In this document: one piece after another, positions 10,299 through 22,783 of the stretch
Layout of the letters: each line of letters opens with the position of its first letter
Position numbering within the stretch: position 1 is the first letter of the stretch
Assembly: GCA_043228905.1 (NCBI GenBank)
Contig: JBHGNT010000006.1
Span: 992,001-1,056,000 of the forward strand
Direction of reading: 5' to 3'
Length of the DNA stretch: 64,000 nt
DNA from: Azolla caroliniana
Taxonomy: Eukaryota; Plantae; Polypodiophyta
Notes under the pieces: generated by a model
Databases searched by the model: none
Told to the model about the DNA's origin: nothing
What the model saw: only the letters and a program-made list of their open reading frames with translations
Translations under genes and position numbers: made by a program

Positions 10299-12431
10299 CC
10301 TTTACCTCACATGCCCTTGGCAACAAAATGATGTAACATTTTTTCAGCCATTATAAGACATGTTTATCTTCAAGGATTGTGTGCATTTGACATTTGGCAA
10401 TGATGCCTACAAATCTAATATTTTAAACCTCTAATGAATGTGCAAAAAGGGACATAATTTTATGGTAAAGGGCCAACTTGAAGGCCATTCATTAAGCTTG
10501 GCAATACATGCAACAACACACTGTATTAGCTAATGGTATGGACTTTCTATCCTTTGGAATATTCAATGAAGTAGTTGACATGAAATACATATGCAAATTT
10601 CAAATTAGTATTATTTCGATGTTGTAATTAATAAGTAAACGTTAATTATACATGATGTAATATTCTTAAATTCATATATTAGTGACAAGGGATGAAAGTC
10701 CTTGGGTTTGTAACTTTGTCATCCAACCCTGAGTTCTTTGTCCTTGTTTTGTTTTTAGTTTAGAAGAAATTGAAAGGTTTGGTAAGAATGCGGTGAATTC
10801 TCTAGAAGACTCTACATTACATTATGCTTTGACAACAAAATGTCTAGAACAACTATTATGATTGCTAATAGCTATATATTTGTGACTCAATCACCATTAA
10901 AAGTATTTTTAGAAAAAAAACTATAAAAAACTTATACACATCCAATTTTGAAAATTTTAAGAAACAATGGGAGAGAATACTTGGTAGATGCAGATATGCA
11001 TACTCGAGGTGTATGCTACAATAAAAAATGTTGTAAATCATTTGTTGTAGGATTTAATAGCTCATTTCTAAAAGGTTTCAAAAAAGAAGAAGATTTAAGT
11101 TGCACATTACAAATTATTCACTAGTCAAAAATCTTCGTAATGTCAAAATGACTAGTACTCCATTAAACTTACCCTTGATGTACAACATAACAATATTTGA
11201 AAGAATTAAATGTTTGTGAATATTGATCCTTAAAACAACAATTGAGACAAGAATCTGCACTTGAAAATTTCACAACACTATGATGCCAAATGTAGCAATA
11301 CGTGGAGGTAATAGCCATAACAGAGATAAATGAATTGTAATGTTAGATAGGCTCGCCGCTCAACATAACTCTACATTTATAAAAGGAAAGACTTCTTCAA
11401 TCCAAAATCTAGGTATAAGAGTTTGAATAATAGATATATTTTAGTTGTCCTAAATGCAAAAACATGAAAATCGTGGTTCAAAGACTTTCAGATGTTAATA
11501 TGAAAGCACAAGCATAAACATTTAAGAGGGAAACAATGCCTTACCATTTGGTAAAAACCAAAGCCAATAAATCAATTGTTGTGATGTGGCAGGTCCAAAG
11601 GTACCAAATAGAGAATAGTATGGAAAGAGAACAATCACAAAAGTACGTATAATGAAAACAATTATAATAAAAGGTTTAGAGGGAAATGGTAAAGCTATGG
11701 ATTGTGAGGAAGAGGGTTGAGAGTTTGATTTTTTTTTGGCATGTAAAATAACTACCCTTCTGATTTTCCAAGAGAAAAGGGGTAGGTGACCATTTCATGC
11801 AATAGAGAAAAAATGGGAAAAGAGGGCTTATTTCTGGTTGCTCATTTTGGGTTTAGGGTTAGGGTGAGAGTCCATGTGAGAGTGGAGTTTAAACCACCTC
11901 TCCTCCATCTCGGCAATTCAGACAGTTAACCCATTCAAGAATCCCCAGATTCATGCCTATTGTCAGCTCCCTAAAGTATTTCATCATTTACCACGCTCGT
12001 ATTTTCCGTGTTGGGACCTTCTTCTCCTTTGCAAGTCATCATGGCGTGTTGGGTGAGCATGGAGGAAAGAAATTGAAAGTCGGTAGGGTTCATTAGTCAA
12101 GGAAGGAAGCTCGAAGGGGCATGGGTTCCCCACATCAACAAGAGGTAGTATAGTCGTTGGTTGTATGTGGGCTCGTCGAAGACCATGAAATTAGGATCCT
12201 TACCGTTAGCTTAACTAGTGTACCTTCATTACCACCATTGCAAACACTTATCATAATCACTACTATAGTTATTTTGTAATTGCATTGAAAACCCAAGGGA
12301 ATTTCTTTTGTAAAAAACTAGTGTCGAGTGTTAACCTATGTTTATTGTATTAAACAAGTGGACTTAGCCCTAATCCTTGTTTTAATCACTTGAACGCTAC
12401 CATGGTGAGAGGGATAGACAATTAGATCTTC

Positions 12432-12715
12432 GTTGACTTTAAGGTTTCAGCAAGTCAAAGGCTTTCTTGAAGTCGAAGGCATTCCTTGAGTCTAATGTTT
12501 CCTTGAGTCGTAGCGCCGGCGAGAGAGGAAATAATGATTGACTTTAAGGTTTCATCAAGTCAAAGACTTTCTTGAAGTCGATGGCATTCCTCGAGTCTAA
12601 TGTTTCCTTGAATCCAAGCTTTCCTCGAGTCAAAGGCATTCCTTGACTTTGAGGTTTCCTCAAGTCGATGCCTTTCCTCAACTCTAAGATTTCCTCAAGG
12701 CAAAGAATTCCTTGA
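12432..12715. repeat. Degenerate tandem array of about 18-nt units containing a duplicated block of about 78 bp
   Basis: Units resemble TCAAAGGCATTCCTTGAG. The block TTGACTTTAAGGTTTCA...GTCTAATGTTTCCTTGA occurs at about 12433 and about 12538. Confidence 0.75.
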
Positions 12716-15700
12716 TCGAAAGCTAGTGTAACTCCGAAGAATGGCTAATTCTTGAAAAGGGCGGTTACTCAAGGGAAACCCACAAAGGGGTGTTAAGTCT
12801 TCTCGCACACCATCACGGCCTCCCTAGTTCAAATCCCCATATGGACCCACTTGACTAGCACACACAAACATGACGTAACACCGTATGGTTTACTTTCAAG
12901 AAATAACTTTATTGGTTTTTCAAGAACAACGTGTCATATTAATAAAATAGGCTTATATTAATAAAAAAGGCTAAATGGTTTCAAACCAGATTCTTTGTAT
13001 GGCACAAAGGGAGCTAAATTTTCCCCTCTACTAATAAAATCTAAAGATGGACAAAACAACTACATTTTGCATTATTATTTTGGTTGGTATGAAGTGATGT
13101 TTCTCAAACGACTAGGATCCCATTTCGATATTATTGGTATAATTGAAATTTTCCTATTTTTAAATTTAGTTGGTGAGTAGCATAAAAATTGTTATGGGTA
13201 ACATAATCTCCCTTATTTTTATAGGGGCATACTTCAAACAAACTTAATTATTAGATCCAAGGTATCCAAATACATCATTAAGCATGATATGCTTTAATGA
13301 GAGGAAACCGCTTTGATAATGCTTTCCTTTAATATGAAAGAATCAATTTTCTATTCATGTGGTGTTGTAAAGTACAAGGGAGCGTCATGGCTTTGTGGTT
13401 ATATATAACTTGAAGGTGTTACTAACATTTATTGTGATTGTTGGAGTTGTGTTTGTAACCACACCCACTAAGTGATCAAGCCGACATTCAAATAAGACGG
13501 CAACAAGCACACGTTGATGAACTTGTTACATGCATCCGACTGTGTATCAAGAATGCAAGTACACAATCTTATGTGTCCAAGCTTGATATATGCTTCACGA
13601 TAATGATAACAAATGTCATATTTAGTCTCTCTCATTGATTTACCTTATCTTGTGCATTGCTAATTCATTTTCACTTCATAACATACTTGAGTGTTTAGAC
13701 TCGTCATCATAATGCTTAGGCATGTACAATGAACTATACCATGTGTTAGAATTTTCTCAAATATATATCGAAATGGAACAAGTTTGATCATACAATACTT
13801 CAAAAATCTCACAAATGCTTATTATATACGACCCCTTTCATTTACACTCCAAACCCCTAACAAAAATTTGAGAACAAGAATATGATGATAAAATCCATCC
13901 TATTTTCATTAAGTGAATGAACTTATCATAATGTTTCGTTTTCTAGATATAGTGCCAGTTATTGTTTTGGGTTTGTTTGAAATAAGTCACGCCAAGAGAA
14001 AGAAGAAGCTCCTTCATTTATGGAAAAAGTTACCCCTATTCTCTAAGTCAACTCAAGGGCCTCAATGGAACTATCAACTTCCTTGGACCATTTGTTGATT
14101 AACAGTGAAGCACGGCAGAATGCAAAAAAAAAAAAAAAAACCTTTTACAAAGTTCTAGCTTTGGTCTTAGGATTATCGTATATCATTGTACATGAAAATT
14201 GTAAGCTTTTGGGCACATAAGCTTAAGCTAGCATTCACATGTTTTTCTTAATACTAATGAGGAAAATCTTTAAAGAAAAAAAAAACATACCTTGAGTTTC
14301 AAATACATTAATCTTTTCAGATCTATCTTTCGAGATAAATTAGAATTGCTCTTAGAATGTAAGAGGTTTATCCTTGACCAATATCTATATCTCTCCATTT
14401 TAGTTACACATCTTCTATTTCATATGTTGCATTTTTAGAATACCCATGGCGTTTGTAAATGAATGCAATATCCTTCTACGCTTCTATCTCTAAGTGATGT
14501 CAAAAAATTAGACTCCCCCAAACATCGGTAACAAATAGCTAATAAATAGTACTCAACTCAATGGTGTTGCTTGAGTCAAGGCATACCTTTTATCATGACA
14601 TGTTATTAGTATGGAAATTAAAGGAAAACATATTTCGACTTGTTTTCATGATTCACAAACATAAGAAACATTGTGCCATTCCAACAAAAGAATAAGCTCA
14701 TGGTTGGTGTTTACTAAATTGAGGCATATTTTGGGCTTTAACATAACCGACAAGAATATGCCATCAATTAGAGGTGGGTTTTGACCAATATAATGTTTTG
14801 GTTGTCACATTTTTCATGAATCCTTATATGAAACTTAAGTCGTATTTCATTTTGTTTCCTTCTGCCCTTCTTCCTCCTCAATCACACAACACCCCATATT
14901 ATATCACAAAAGGACCTTCTCAACAGAATGTGAACTCCCCCTAGGAGATGCCTTCTTACCCTCCACATCAAACTTTCAAGCATAACATATTGGTGACACA
15001 TCGTATCCCACAATTCTGATACTATATTATATTCACAAAATGCATCAAATGTTACATCCTTATTATAACAAAGGTCAAGCCCTTAAACGCTATGCATGCT
15101 TTGTTATTGTTCTAAGATACCTAAGTTTCTCTTTTGACATGCGTTTGGCCTCTCTTCTAAGTTCTACCCCTCCCTTTCTCTTTAGTCTTGATTTCCCTTT
15201 TCTAACTTCTCATGCAATGGCATTTCATGATTGAGATGATAGTCCAATTAGGCCACTTTGTCCTTTTGTGTTGGTTCTTGTGCATTAGAAAGTAAATGGC
15301 CTAATAATCGATTTACTATCCTCACCATGTATAAGGGGTGAAAAGTTCTAATCCTTGCTAGCATGAATAAACCTATTTCATTTTTTAATGTAAAGTGGGA
15401 ATAGTATGCATTTAATTCCAAATGAGGCGCCTCTCGAGTCTCTCCCATTATGTAAAAGGAAGGGAATAAGGCTCATTTAGGGATTCTTTTTGAGATTTTT
15501 GGAGCTCAACTTCCGGATTTTTGGCCCTAAGTATATTGTTATATTTTTTTACTTCTTCTTCTTTGCCTTCTCTTCCACTTTAGAGGCTTTTGTAGTCTTC
15601 ATCACCACCAAGCTCACCACGCTTTGACAACTTCGAGGAAGAGCTTGGCTTTGGCTCGGGAATAGCACAAGTTCGCTCGCACACTAGTCATTGAAGGGAG

Positions 15701-15964
15701 TACAAAGTGGCCCAGGAACACTACTCTAACTTTGAGGTGTCATCACCATCGACGGTCTCAACTATCCACTTGACTCACCTTCACCGGAAGATCAAGCTTC
15801 CTATCATTCTTCTTATTTTTAGGTCATTAATCCTTGTAAAAGCCATTGAACTCGTAGCATCATTCAATGAAATGTTTCGTTGTAAGAAAAGAAAATTTCT
15901 TCATCTAAACACTTATTTCGAGCACTAGTCAAGTACAATAGAGCTAATCTCAATTGATTGACAC

Positions 15965-16042
15965 TGTTACGGGCATGACTTTATCCATGTGTGTAGAATA
16001 CTACGATAAAACTTACGATGGGATATGGTCATGCCCGTAACA
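15965..16042. repeat. 78-bp fold-back element with a perfect 15-bp terminal inverted repeat
   Basis: TGTTACGGGCATGAC...GTCATGCCCGTAACA, flanked by GACAC and AACAC. Confidence 0.7.
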
Positions 16043-18724
16043 AACACTAATCAAGTATTACTTACCCTACGCCATTGTGTATGTGTGTAAGTAGTTGTCA
16101 ACGGGCAATTGTATGTTTGCCTCACGTGCTTCGTTCACCTCTTGAGTGCATGCCGCAATCTTTGAACACTAATTAGGTAAAGGGCGACATCTGTTTTACA
16201 AGCTTATTTGGTTTGCATAGTATAGTGCCTTGTGTTTATCAACCCTCGATTAGTTTTAGGGGGTTTTCTTGCCCTTAACAACTTCATCCCCTCAAATGTA
16301 TATTCTAGCCTCTTTGTTTTGAAATAATAGATGCTTTGGTATTAATACACTCGTAGTTTAGTAAAAGGAAGAATTTGGTTATTACATTTTTAGTACATGG
16401 TGTACGCTAGTATTGAGTTGGTTAAGGGAGAATAAATATGTGTGCTTAAATATGACATGCATTTTGGGCTTCAAGGAGCATTTTGAACTTCAAAGCATAG
16501 ATTTTAAAGATTTGAATGGTCACAAAATGGAACTCTCTTTAGATGTAGAAACTATATATAAAACATTTACGTATAAACAAATTTAGTAAATAGAACATTT
16601 TTCAAGTCCTATTCAAATTTGAAACTTTGTGACTTAACCGCTTGTTGCATAACTAGTAAGGGTGAGTTTGATATATTAAAATGTCAAAGGAGGCCCCTTT
16701 AATAATTCTCTTAAAAAAACAAATTTTAGTAAGCAAACCATGCACTCGAATCAACCATGACAATTCATTTGAAATTCGTCTTGTGTGTCTCACTAGCATG
16801 CTCGTGGTTCCGTTATCGTGCATCTTCTTAGAACAACTTGTTTGATTGTTGCATGCATGTTATCTAGGGTTTTAAGAATGCAATATTATAATCACACTTC
16901 CGATGACCAAAATGTTTATTCCATAAATGGATTAGTTCAAAGTAAATTTAGTGAAATATTACAGGAAAAAAGAATGTGTTACATAAAAAAGACAAGGAAG
17001 GATGAACAAATATGGCAAATTTTGAATCATTAGCATCGCAGAACTTCTCTCTTCAAAGATTATTTGGGAGTATTGCTTTTAGAATATCTTCCATTGTTGT
17101 GCCCATCGATGATGACACTGAACATCATCATCATCACTTAAATTTTTACGAGGTTATATGGTGTGATGGATGAGCTAGGTGTTACTTACATGAGGGATAT
17201 GTAGATCTCCACATAGGATAAGGCCCTCGTTATGACCTAATGTTTACTTACAAGTAGATTTGATCTCTCTTCGATTCCTCAATCCAAGCTCAAAAAAAGC
17301 ATATGGGCCTTGATCTTATAAAGAGGGTATTATCATCGCTACCCATGGTACTAATTGAGCAAATGCATGAGTTGTGTTACACAAAAGCAAGTATCAACGA
17401 GGTGGTTGAATGCTCAATGAGGTGGTTAAAATTTTAGCGTTACTAACACGGGAGATTTTAGGGGTTGTTTGTAGTTCAATAACCATTTTTCGAGTAGTTT
17501 GAAACATACTAACTAATGTTATGTATGACAAAGGTTTTTTTTCACATATTTGCCCAACTTAATAACAGAGTAAGGAAATACCAATAATATTCGCTACAAA
17601 ATAAGCTAAGATTAGATTGTTTGTGATGATTACTAGTTTCATAACTTATATGTTTGCCCAACCATATGTATATATAGTGACTTACCCAAAACGTCCCTTG
17701 TTTGGTCCACCATGCCCAATGGTTGTAGGGGCCTGGGGAGGGTTTTCCCGCATGAACTTGACTTGGACCTTTTTAGGGTTTGGCAGAGTTGAATGGCCTG
17801 GCCTGGCCTGGCTTGTGTGTGGTGCATATACGTACATATACGAATGACCTCCCTCCTCCCCCCCCAAAAAACAAAAACAAATGGATATTGGTCTGAAATC
17901 AACATTTATGGAGTAAAAAATATTTGGAGTTCTTCCCCCAAAAAAAAAACACAGCAAAAAACTCGCCACAATTATTTGTTCGTGATTTTGTTTCTGCTGC
18001 AGAGCAGCAGTCTCTGTTTCATCGCGATCTGCTTGCCCCCCTTCCCGGCGCCCGCCACGCCCGCACGCCCGCCTGCTTTAGGGTAAGCTTTTCCTTCTGT
18101 CTGTGTGAAGATCGATTTGTTAGGGTTTCGTCTCTGTTCTAAAACCAAATTTGTCTTTAGATCAACCGTAAAAAATAGAAAAAAAATCAGAAGCTCCGGA
18201 GAGATTTGAGAAAAGAAAATCTCAACCTTAGCGGAGCCAAAGAGAGAAGAACAGAGAAGAGCAATTCTAGTCCCTTGAAGACGTTCTTTGCTTCAAATTT
18301 AGCTTCACAGCTTTCCATGCAGACAGGTTTTGTACATTAAATTTGTTATTGAACAGTTTTTTCCCCTCAGAAAAAAGAACCTCCAGATTATACTCCCAAA
18401 TTTGCAGACTTATGTTTACTCATGCATCCAGGTTTTCCTCACAGATTCTGTCTTACAAATTAGTGTTAACGGATATCTGAAAGTGCTGTTGAATTCATTG
18501 GAAATGTTTTCTTCATTCATACTCATGAATTGAGTGCAAGCGCAAATATGTGTGATGTAAGGTAATAAATAGGTTTTACGCTGTACTAAGTGCCTGCTTA
18601 CAGTGAAAATTTCAGAGTTTTGAATGGGTTTTCTTTTCTGTCTAGGTAAATCATCAAGGATAAAACACATATATCCGGTGAGACTTTAAGATGTTTGAAG
18701 TCTGATCATTGTTGAAGTGAATGT

Positions 18725-21700
18725 ATGGATAAAGAAGCTATGTTGTCTTTTTTCTTTGGGAGCCTTGAGGATAAGAGTGTTGACGAATCAGTTGTTCCCC
18801 CAAGAAATGAGGATATGGTAGTTACGGAAGATGAGATTTCCCAGGGTAATTTTATTAACATGCACAAATCTACCGTCTTGGGTCTTAATAAGAGCTTTGA
18901 AATTTTGAGTAATGAAGAATCAGCTGTTTTTCCAAAAGCTGAGAATGTGATTCCACAGGATGATCGTAAGAACACTGAGAACTCCACAACCTCAACTGTT
19001 GATATGAGCTTTGAGAATATGAATGTTGAAGAATCTGCGATTTCTTCAAGAAACGATAATATGAGAATCACTGGAGTTGAGGTTCCACAGAATAATTGTA
19101 TGAACACTCACAAAGCGACAGCTTCGGTTGTTGATAAGAACCTTGAGAATGTGACTCATGAAGACCTGGCTGATTTTCCACGAAATGAGGATTTGATAAG
19201 TACTGACATTAGCCTTCCACAGGATAACTATATGAAAGCACACAAATCCATGGCATCAGTTGTTGGTATTGATTACACAAATAACTTGTCAAATGAAATT
19301 GCTGGGAAGAGAAAAATGCTTCAATTATCTAATATTCCCTCAAAAGATAATTCACAGTCTTCAAACGTGCTATGTGAACTTAGAAGTTACCAGCAAGAGA
19401 AAGGAGCACAGTGTGGTCAGATTATTAAAATGAACTTTGATGTAGAACTTGAAAATGTAAATGAGGATCCCAAGTCTTTAATTTGCATGGATGTATGCAC
19501 CCAGGAAACATCACATGCAACTATTCTGGATGCTTTTAGTAATGATACAGAATCCACAGAGAAACATTTTGCAGCTTTGAACAAGGAAACTCTTGAACCT
19601 AGTGGCAATGATACGCTTTTACCAACATTTGATGACGTTGTTCTTGGAAAACTGGCCACAGAACAAAGCCTAATATTTGAAGTTGGGATGGCTGATGATG
19701 ATGTTTCCTATGACATTAATATATCTTCTGTAGAGGATGAAAATCAATGTACTTTTGATTTCAAAAGCGAAAGCAGCATACATCGTGAAGCATGCAACGG
19801 TAAATTTAAGCCAAGGAAGCGTATTGGAGATAAGGTTGATTATGTGGCTTCTAGATTTAGTAGAGGTGATCTGGTGTGGGCCAAAGTTAAGTCTCATCCT
19901 TGGTGGCCAGGACAGATTTTCAATGCCTCAGATGCTTCAACGATTGCTAAAAAGACTCAGAAATCTGGAAGACTTTTAGTAGCCTTCTTTGGTGATGGCA
20001 CTTTTGGTTGGCTGAAGGATTCTCAACTCATAGCCTTCAAGCCAAATTTTGAACAGAAGGTAAAACAGACTAATATGAAAAGCTTTTCTAGGGCAGTTGC
20101 AGCAGCACTAGATGAAGTTTGCCGGAGGAGTGAGTTAGGTCTCACTCATTCACGCCATAATGTTCTCCTATATAGCAAGAATACATTTCCACATGCAAAT
20201 GCAGGAATACAGAATAGTGTGAAGATTGAACACCATCCAGATATCTCTCTGAGTCGAGTGATGTTTACTCCAAAAGCGGTATTGGAATTCATCCAAACTG
20301 CAGCATGCTGTTCTTTCCACCAACAGAACTTCAGTGTCGAATATTCAGAAATTTGTGGTCATGCGTATGGCACTCGTTCATTTTTAGTAAATTCTGACAA
20401 GTCAAATTTGCTCAATATTGAAATAGCAAATAATAAATCTAATGAAAAAGCCATAGAAGATACTCTGAAGAGGAGGTTTTCGTCTGTTGAAGCTGTTGAA
20501 GAGGCAGTATGTGCAGAAAGGAAGGAAGCAAAGAAGCCTTACTGGAGTGAAAAGGATAAATCTGTAAGTGATAAAGGAATGAAAGTGAAGAAGCCACAGC
20601 TGAGCGAAGATGCTCTAAAGAATTGTCAGGTTTGTCCAAAGTTGAGGATACAAGAAACCATTTTATCGACAGAAGAAGGTGATACACTAGTAGAAAACAA
20701 GGACAGGGTGTATGAAGGTCCTGACGGTCCTGTTAAGGAAGCAACTTCCAGTAGAAGCAACTGGCGACTTGCTTCGCAGGAGTATGAAGGAGGGAAAAGC
20801 TCAAAAAATTTAGCAAATCTAGGGGAAAGTGAGACAGCTCCTTTGGATATTGGTAGTGATGGAGAGGCATTTCTTGACATTACAGGTTATCCATCCAAAG
20901 TAATGAACAAGAAGCATGAGAAAATACTAAAACGAGAAAAGCAAGCAAAGCCCTTGTTTTCCCCTGCAGGATTTGTTCTTTCCACAGCAAAGCTGCCAAC
21001 TGCTGGCAAAACCTTCGAAGATCATTCTCAAGGGAGTAATAAATCTGTACCTGGTGTACTGCCAGAGTTCAAGGAATCAGAATATATCGAGGGCTTAAAA
21101 AAATATGATATTGATCTATCACCAGTTACAGTGATAGAACCATCAAGCGGCAAGGAAAGGAAAATACTTAAGGGAGAAAAGAGAACAAAACCGTTGTGTC
21201 CATCAGAAGGTGATAATCTTCGCAAAACCAAGAAGATGAGAACTGAAATAAGAGAAATCAATGGACAGGCAAACATCATGCATAGATTGAAGGAACGGGA
21301 CGAGAAAGTTGTTGCGAAAAATCTGAACAGGATTGAAAGCTGTAACATGAAGCTTCTTGAATGTCAAGCAACATACAGTTCAACTCCACAACAATGTGAT
21401 TCTGATGTCAGAAGTGAGGCCTCAATCTCTGGCAAATCAGGCACTAAGAAGTTTGGGCATTCTCTTATTCGAATTGTTCAGGGCCTACAGGTTCTCGCCA
21501 GAGATCCTTTGAGATATGCAAGTAGAAGAAGCTCCCTGCAAGAAGTAATATCTTCTATTTTAAAATTCCGCAATAATGTCTTTTTGAAGAGTTCAGGGTA
21601 TGGTATTACAGAGATCAGGGCTGTAGTGAACCGAAAAGCACTAGACAAGGCACAACTTGTAACTCACAGTGTGAAACATGTGAAACCAAAATTCAATGTT

Positions 21701-22783
21701 AAAGAATCTTCTTGTGAGCGAAATGAAGTACAGAAACAACCTTCATCTATGAGGGAAAAGCTGAATTTGAGGATTCCGTCCAGCACAGTAGACCTAGAGC
21801 AGAAATGTCCTATTGAGAATGTGGAACTTCAAAGTCACACATATGATTCGCAAACCAGTAAAGATTCTATTTTTCTAGAACGAGGAGTTACCACTCCATG
21901 CCTATCTCCTCAGAATTCAATACCTGGTCTACAAGAGCTAGCTGTAGCGGCAAGGAAAAAGAAATCAGAAGTCGAACAAGAGATAGCAACAACAAAAAGC
22001 ATAGAACAATCTTTTCGAGAAAAACTGAGCAAAAGAAAGTTCTCTGATTTGAGACATGGGTATAGGAATATGAAGCAACATCATTCTAACAAAGATCCAT
22101 CTGACTCATCATATATGAAAATGCCTATGCGCACAGCTGATGCTAAGGCCACAGAAACTTCACTTGGGCTTTTCATGCAGTTCCCAAAAGATTTCGTGAT
22201 GCCATCTGAAGCTCAGGTGAACAAAGCATTTAATCAATTTGGGATTCTAGAGAATGCAGGTATTAGACTGTACAAGAATACTTCAGCTGCACAGGTGATC
22301 TTTAAGCTTAATTCGGATGCTGAAGCTGCACTAAAGTATGCATTAGAAAACAGAATATTTGGAGCTGAGGTATCATATAAGCTTCGTCACTTCTCTCGGT
22401 CTCAAAAAAGTCCTGTATTTAGCAATACATCTGCCTCAAACCATACCATTTGTAGAAGGGATGATCGGGGAAAATCTCCATTCATTGAGAATCTAGAAGA
22501 AAATGTGAAAGAAATTGATTCAGTGATGACCACATGCATCCCAGCAGATCCTGTAATGTCACATCAGCAAATCAGCCATGACAAGTTGACAGCTAATAAA
22601 CTGACTGTCAACACTAAACCTCCTAATCTGACCTCGCCTTCCAATGTAAATGTACCATCTTGTGACATTAAGGATCAAATGATGAAACTTCTTCATGAAG
22701 TGAGTCTTATTGTTAACTCATGTTCATTGAATCCACAGCTACTTCACGAGTCGTTGATCTTGGATATTGATGACAAATATTGA
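18725..22783 (+). CDS. PWWP-domain chromatin protein (plant PDP/Tudor-PWWP-MBT type), 1352 aa, single coding exon
   Basis: PWWP domain FSRGDLVWAKVKSHPWWPGQIF...LLVAFFGDGTFGW. Also the conserved LARDP...ILKFRN motif and a C-terminal RRM-like LFMQFP..PSE...FG...AQVIF...DAEAALKYA domain. Likely 5' UTR exons start near 18000, with a donor AGG|GTAAGC near 18083. Confidence 0.93.
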   Translation: MDKEAMLSFFFGSLEDKSVDESVVPPRNEDMVVTEDEISQGNFINMHKSTVLGLNKSFEILSNEESAVFPKAENVIPQDDRKNTENSTTSTVDMSFENMNVEESAISSRNDNMRITGVEVPQNNCMNTHKATASVVDKNLENVTHEDLADFPRNEDLISTDISLPQDNYMKAHKSMASVVGIDYTNNLSNEIAGKRKMLQLSNIPSKDNSQSSNVLCELRSYQQEKGAQCGQIIKMNFDVELENVNEDPKSLICMDVCTQETSHATILDAFSNDTESTEKHFAALNKETLEPSGNDTLLPTFDDVVLGKLATEQSLIFEVGMADDDVSYDINISSVEDENQCTFDFKSESSIHREACNGKFKPRKRIGDKVDYVASRFSRGDLVWAKVKSHPWWPGQIFNASDASTIAKKTQKSGRLLVAFFGDGTFGWLKDSQLIAFKPNFEQKVKQTNMKSFSRAVAAALDEVCRRSELGLTHSRHNVLLYSKNTFPHANAGIQNSVKIEHHPDISLSRVMFTPKAVLEFIQTAACCSFHQQNFSVEYSEICGHAYGTRSFLVNSDKSNLLNIEIANNKSNEKAIEDTLKRRFSSVEAVEEAVCAERKEAKKPYWSEKDKSVSDKGMKVKKPQLSEDALKNCQVCPKLRIQETILSTEEGDTLVENKDRVYEGPDGPVKEATSSRSNWRLASQEYEGGKSSKNLANLGESETAPLDIGSDGEAFLDITGYPSKVMNKKHEKILKREKQAKPLFSPAGFVLSTAKLPTAGKTFEDHSQGSNKSVPGVLPEFKESEYIEGLKKYDIDLSPVTVIEPSSGKERKILKGEKRTKPLCPSEGDNLRKTKKMRTEIREINGQANIMHRLKERDEKVVAKNLNRIESCNMKLLECQATYSSTPQQCDSDVRSEASISGKSGTKKFGHSLIRIVQGLQVLARDPLRYASRRSSLQEVISSILKFRNNVFLKSSGYGITEIRAVVNRKALDKAQLVTHSVKHVKPKFNVKESSCERNEVQKQPSSMREKLNLRIPSSTVDLEQKCPIENVELQSHTYDSQTSKDSIFLERGVTTPCLSPQNSIPGLQELAVAARKKKSEVEQEIATTKSIEQSFREKLSKRKFSDLRHGYRNMKQHHSNKDPSDSSYMKMPMRTADAKATETSLGLFMQFPKDFVMPSEAQVNKAFNQFGILENAGIRLYKNTSAAQVIFKLNSDAEAALKYALENRIFGAEVSYKLRHFSRSQKSPVFSNTSASNHTICRRDDRGKSPFIENLEENVKEIDSVMTTCIPADPVMSHQQISHDKLTANKLTVNTKPPNLTSPSNVNVPSCDIKDQMMKLLHEVSLIVNSCSLNPQLLHESLILDIDDKY

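Noticed and set aside
11845-11864. Telomere-like TTTAGGGTTAGGG
   Set aside because: Only two or three imperfect units, too short to call an interstitial telomere.
10300-17900. Possible genes in the AT-rich interval, and a degenerate PBS-like motif near 15015
   Set aside because: Only short ORFs with no recognisable motifs. Probably old TE debris that I cannot classify.
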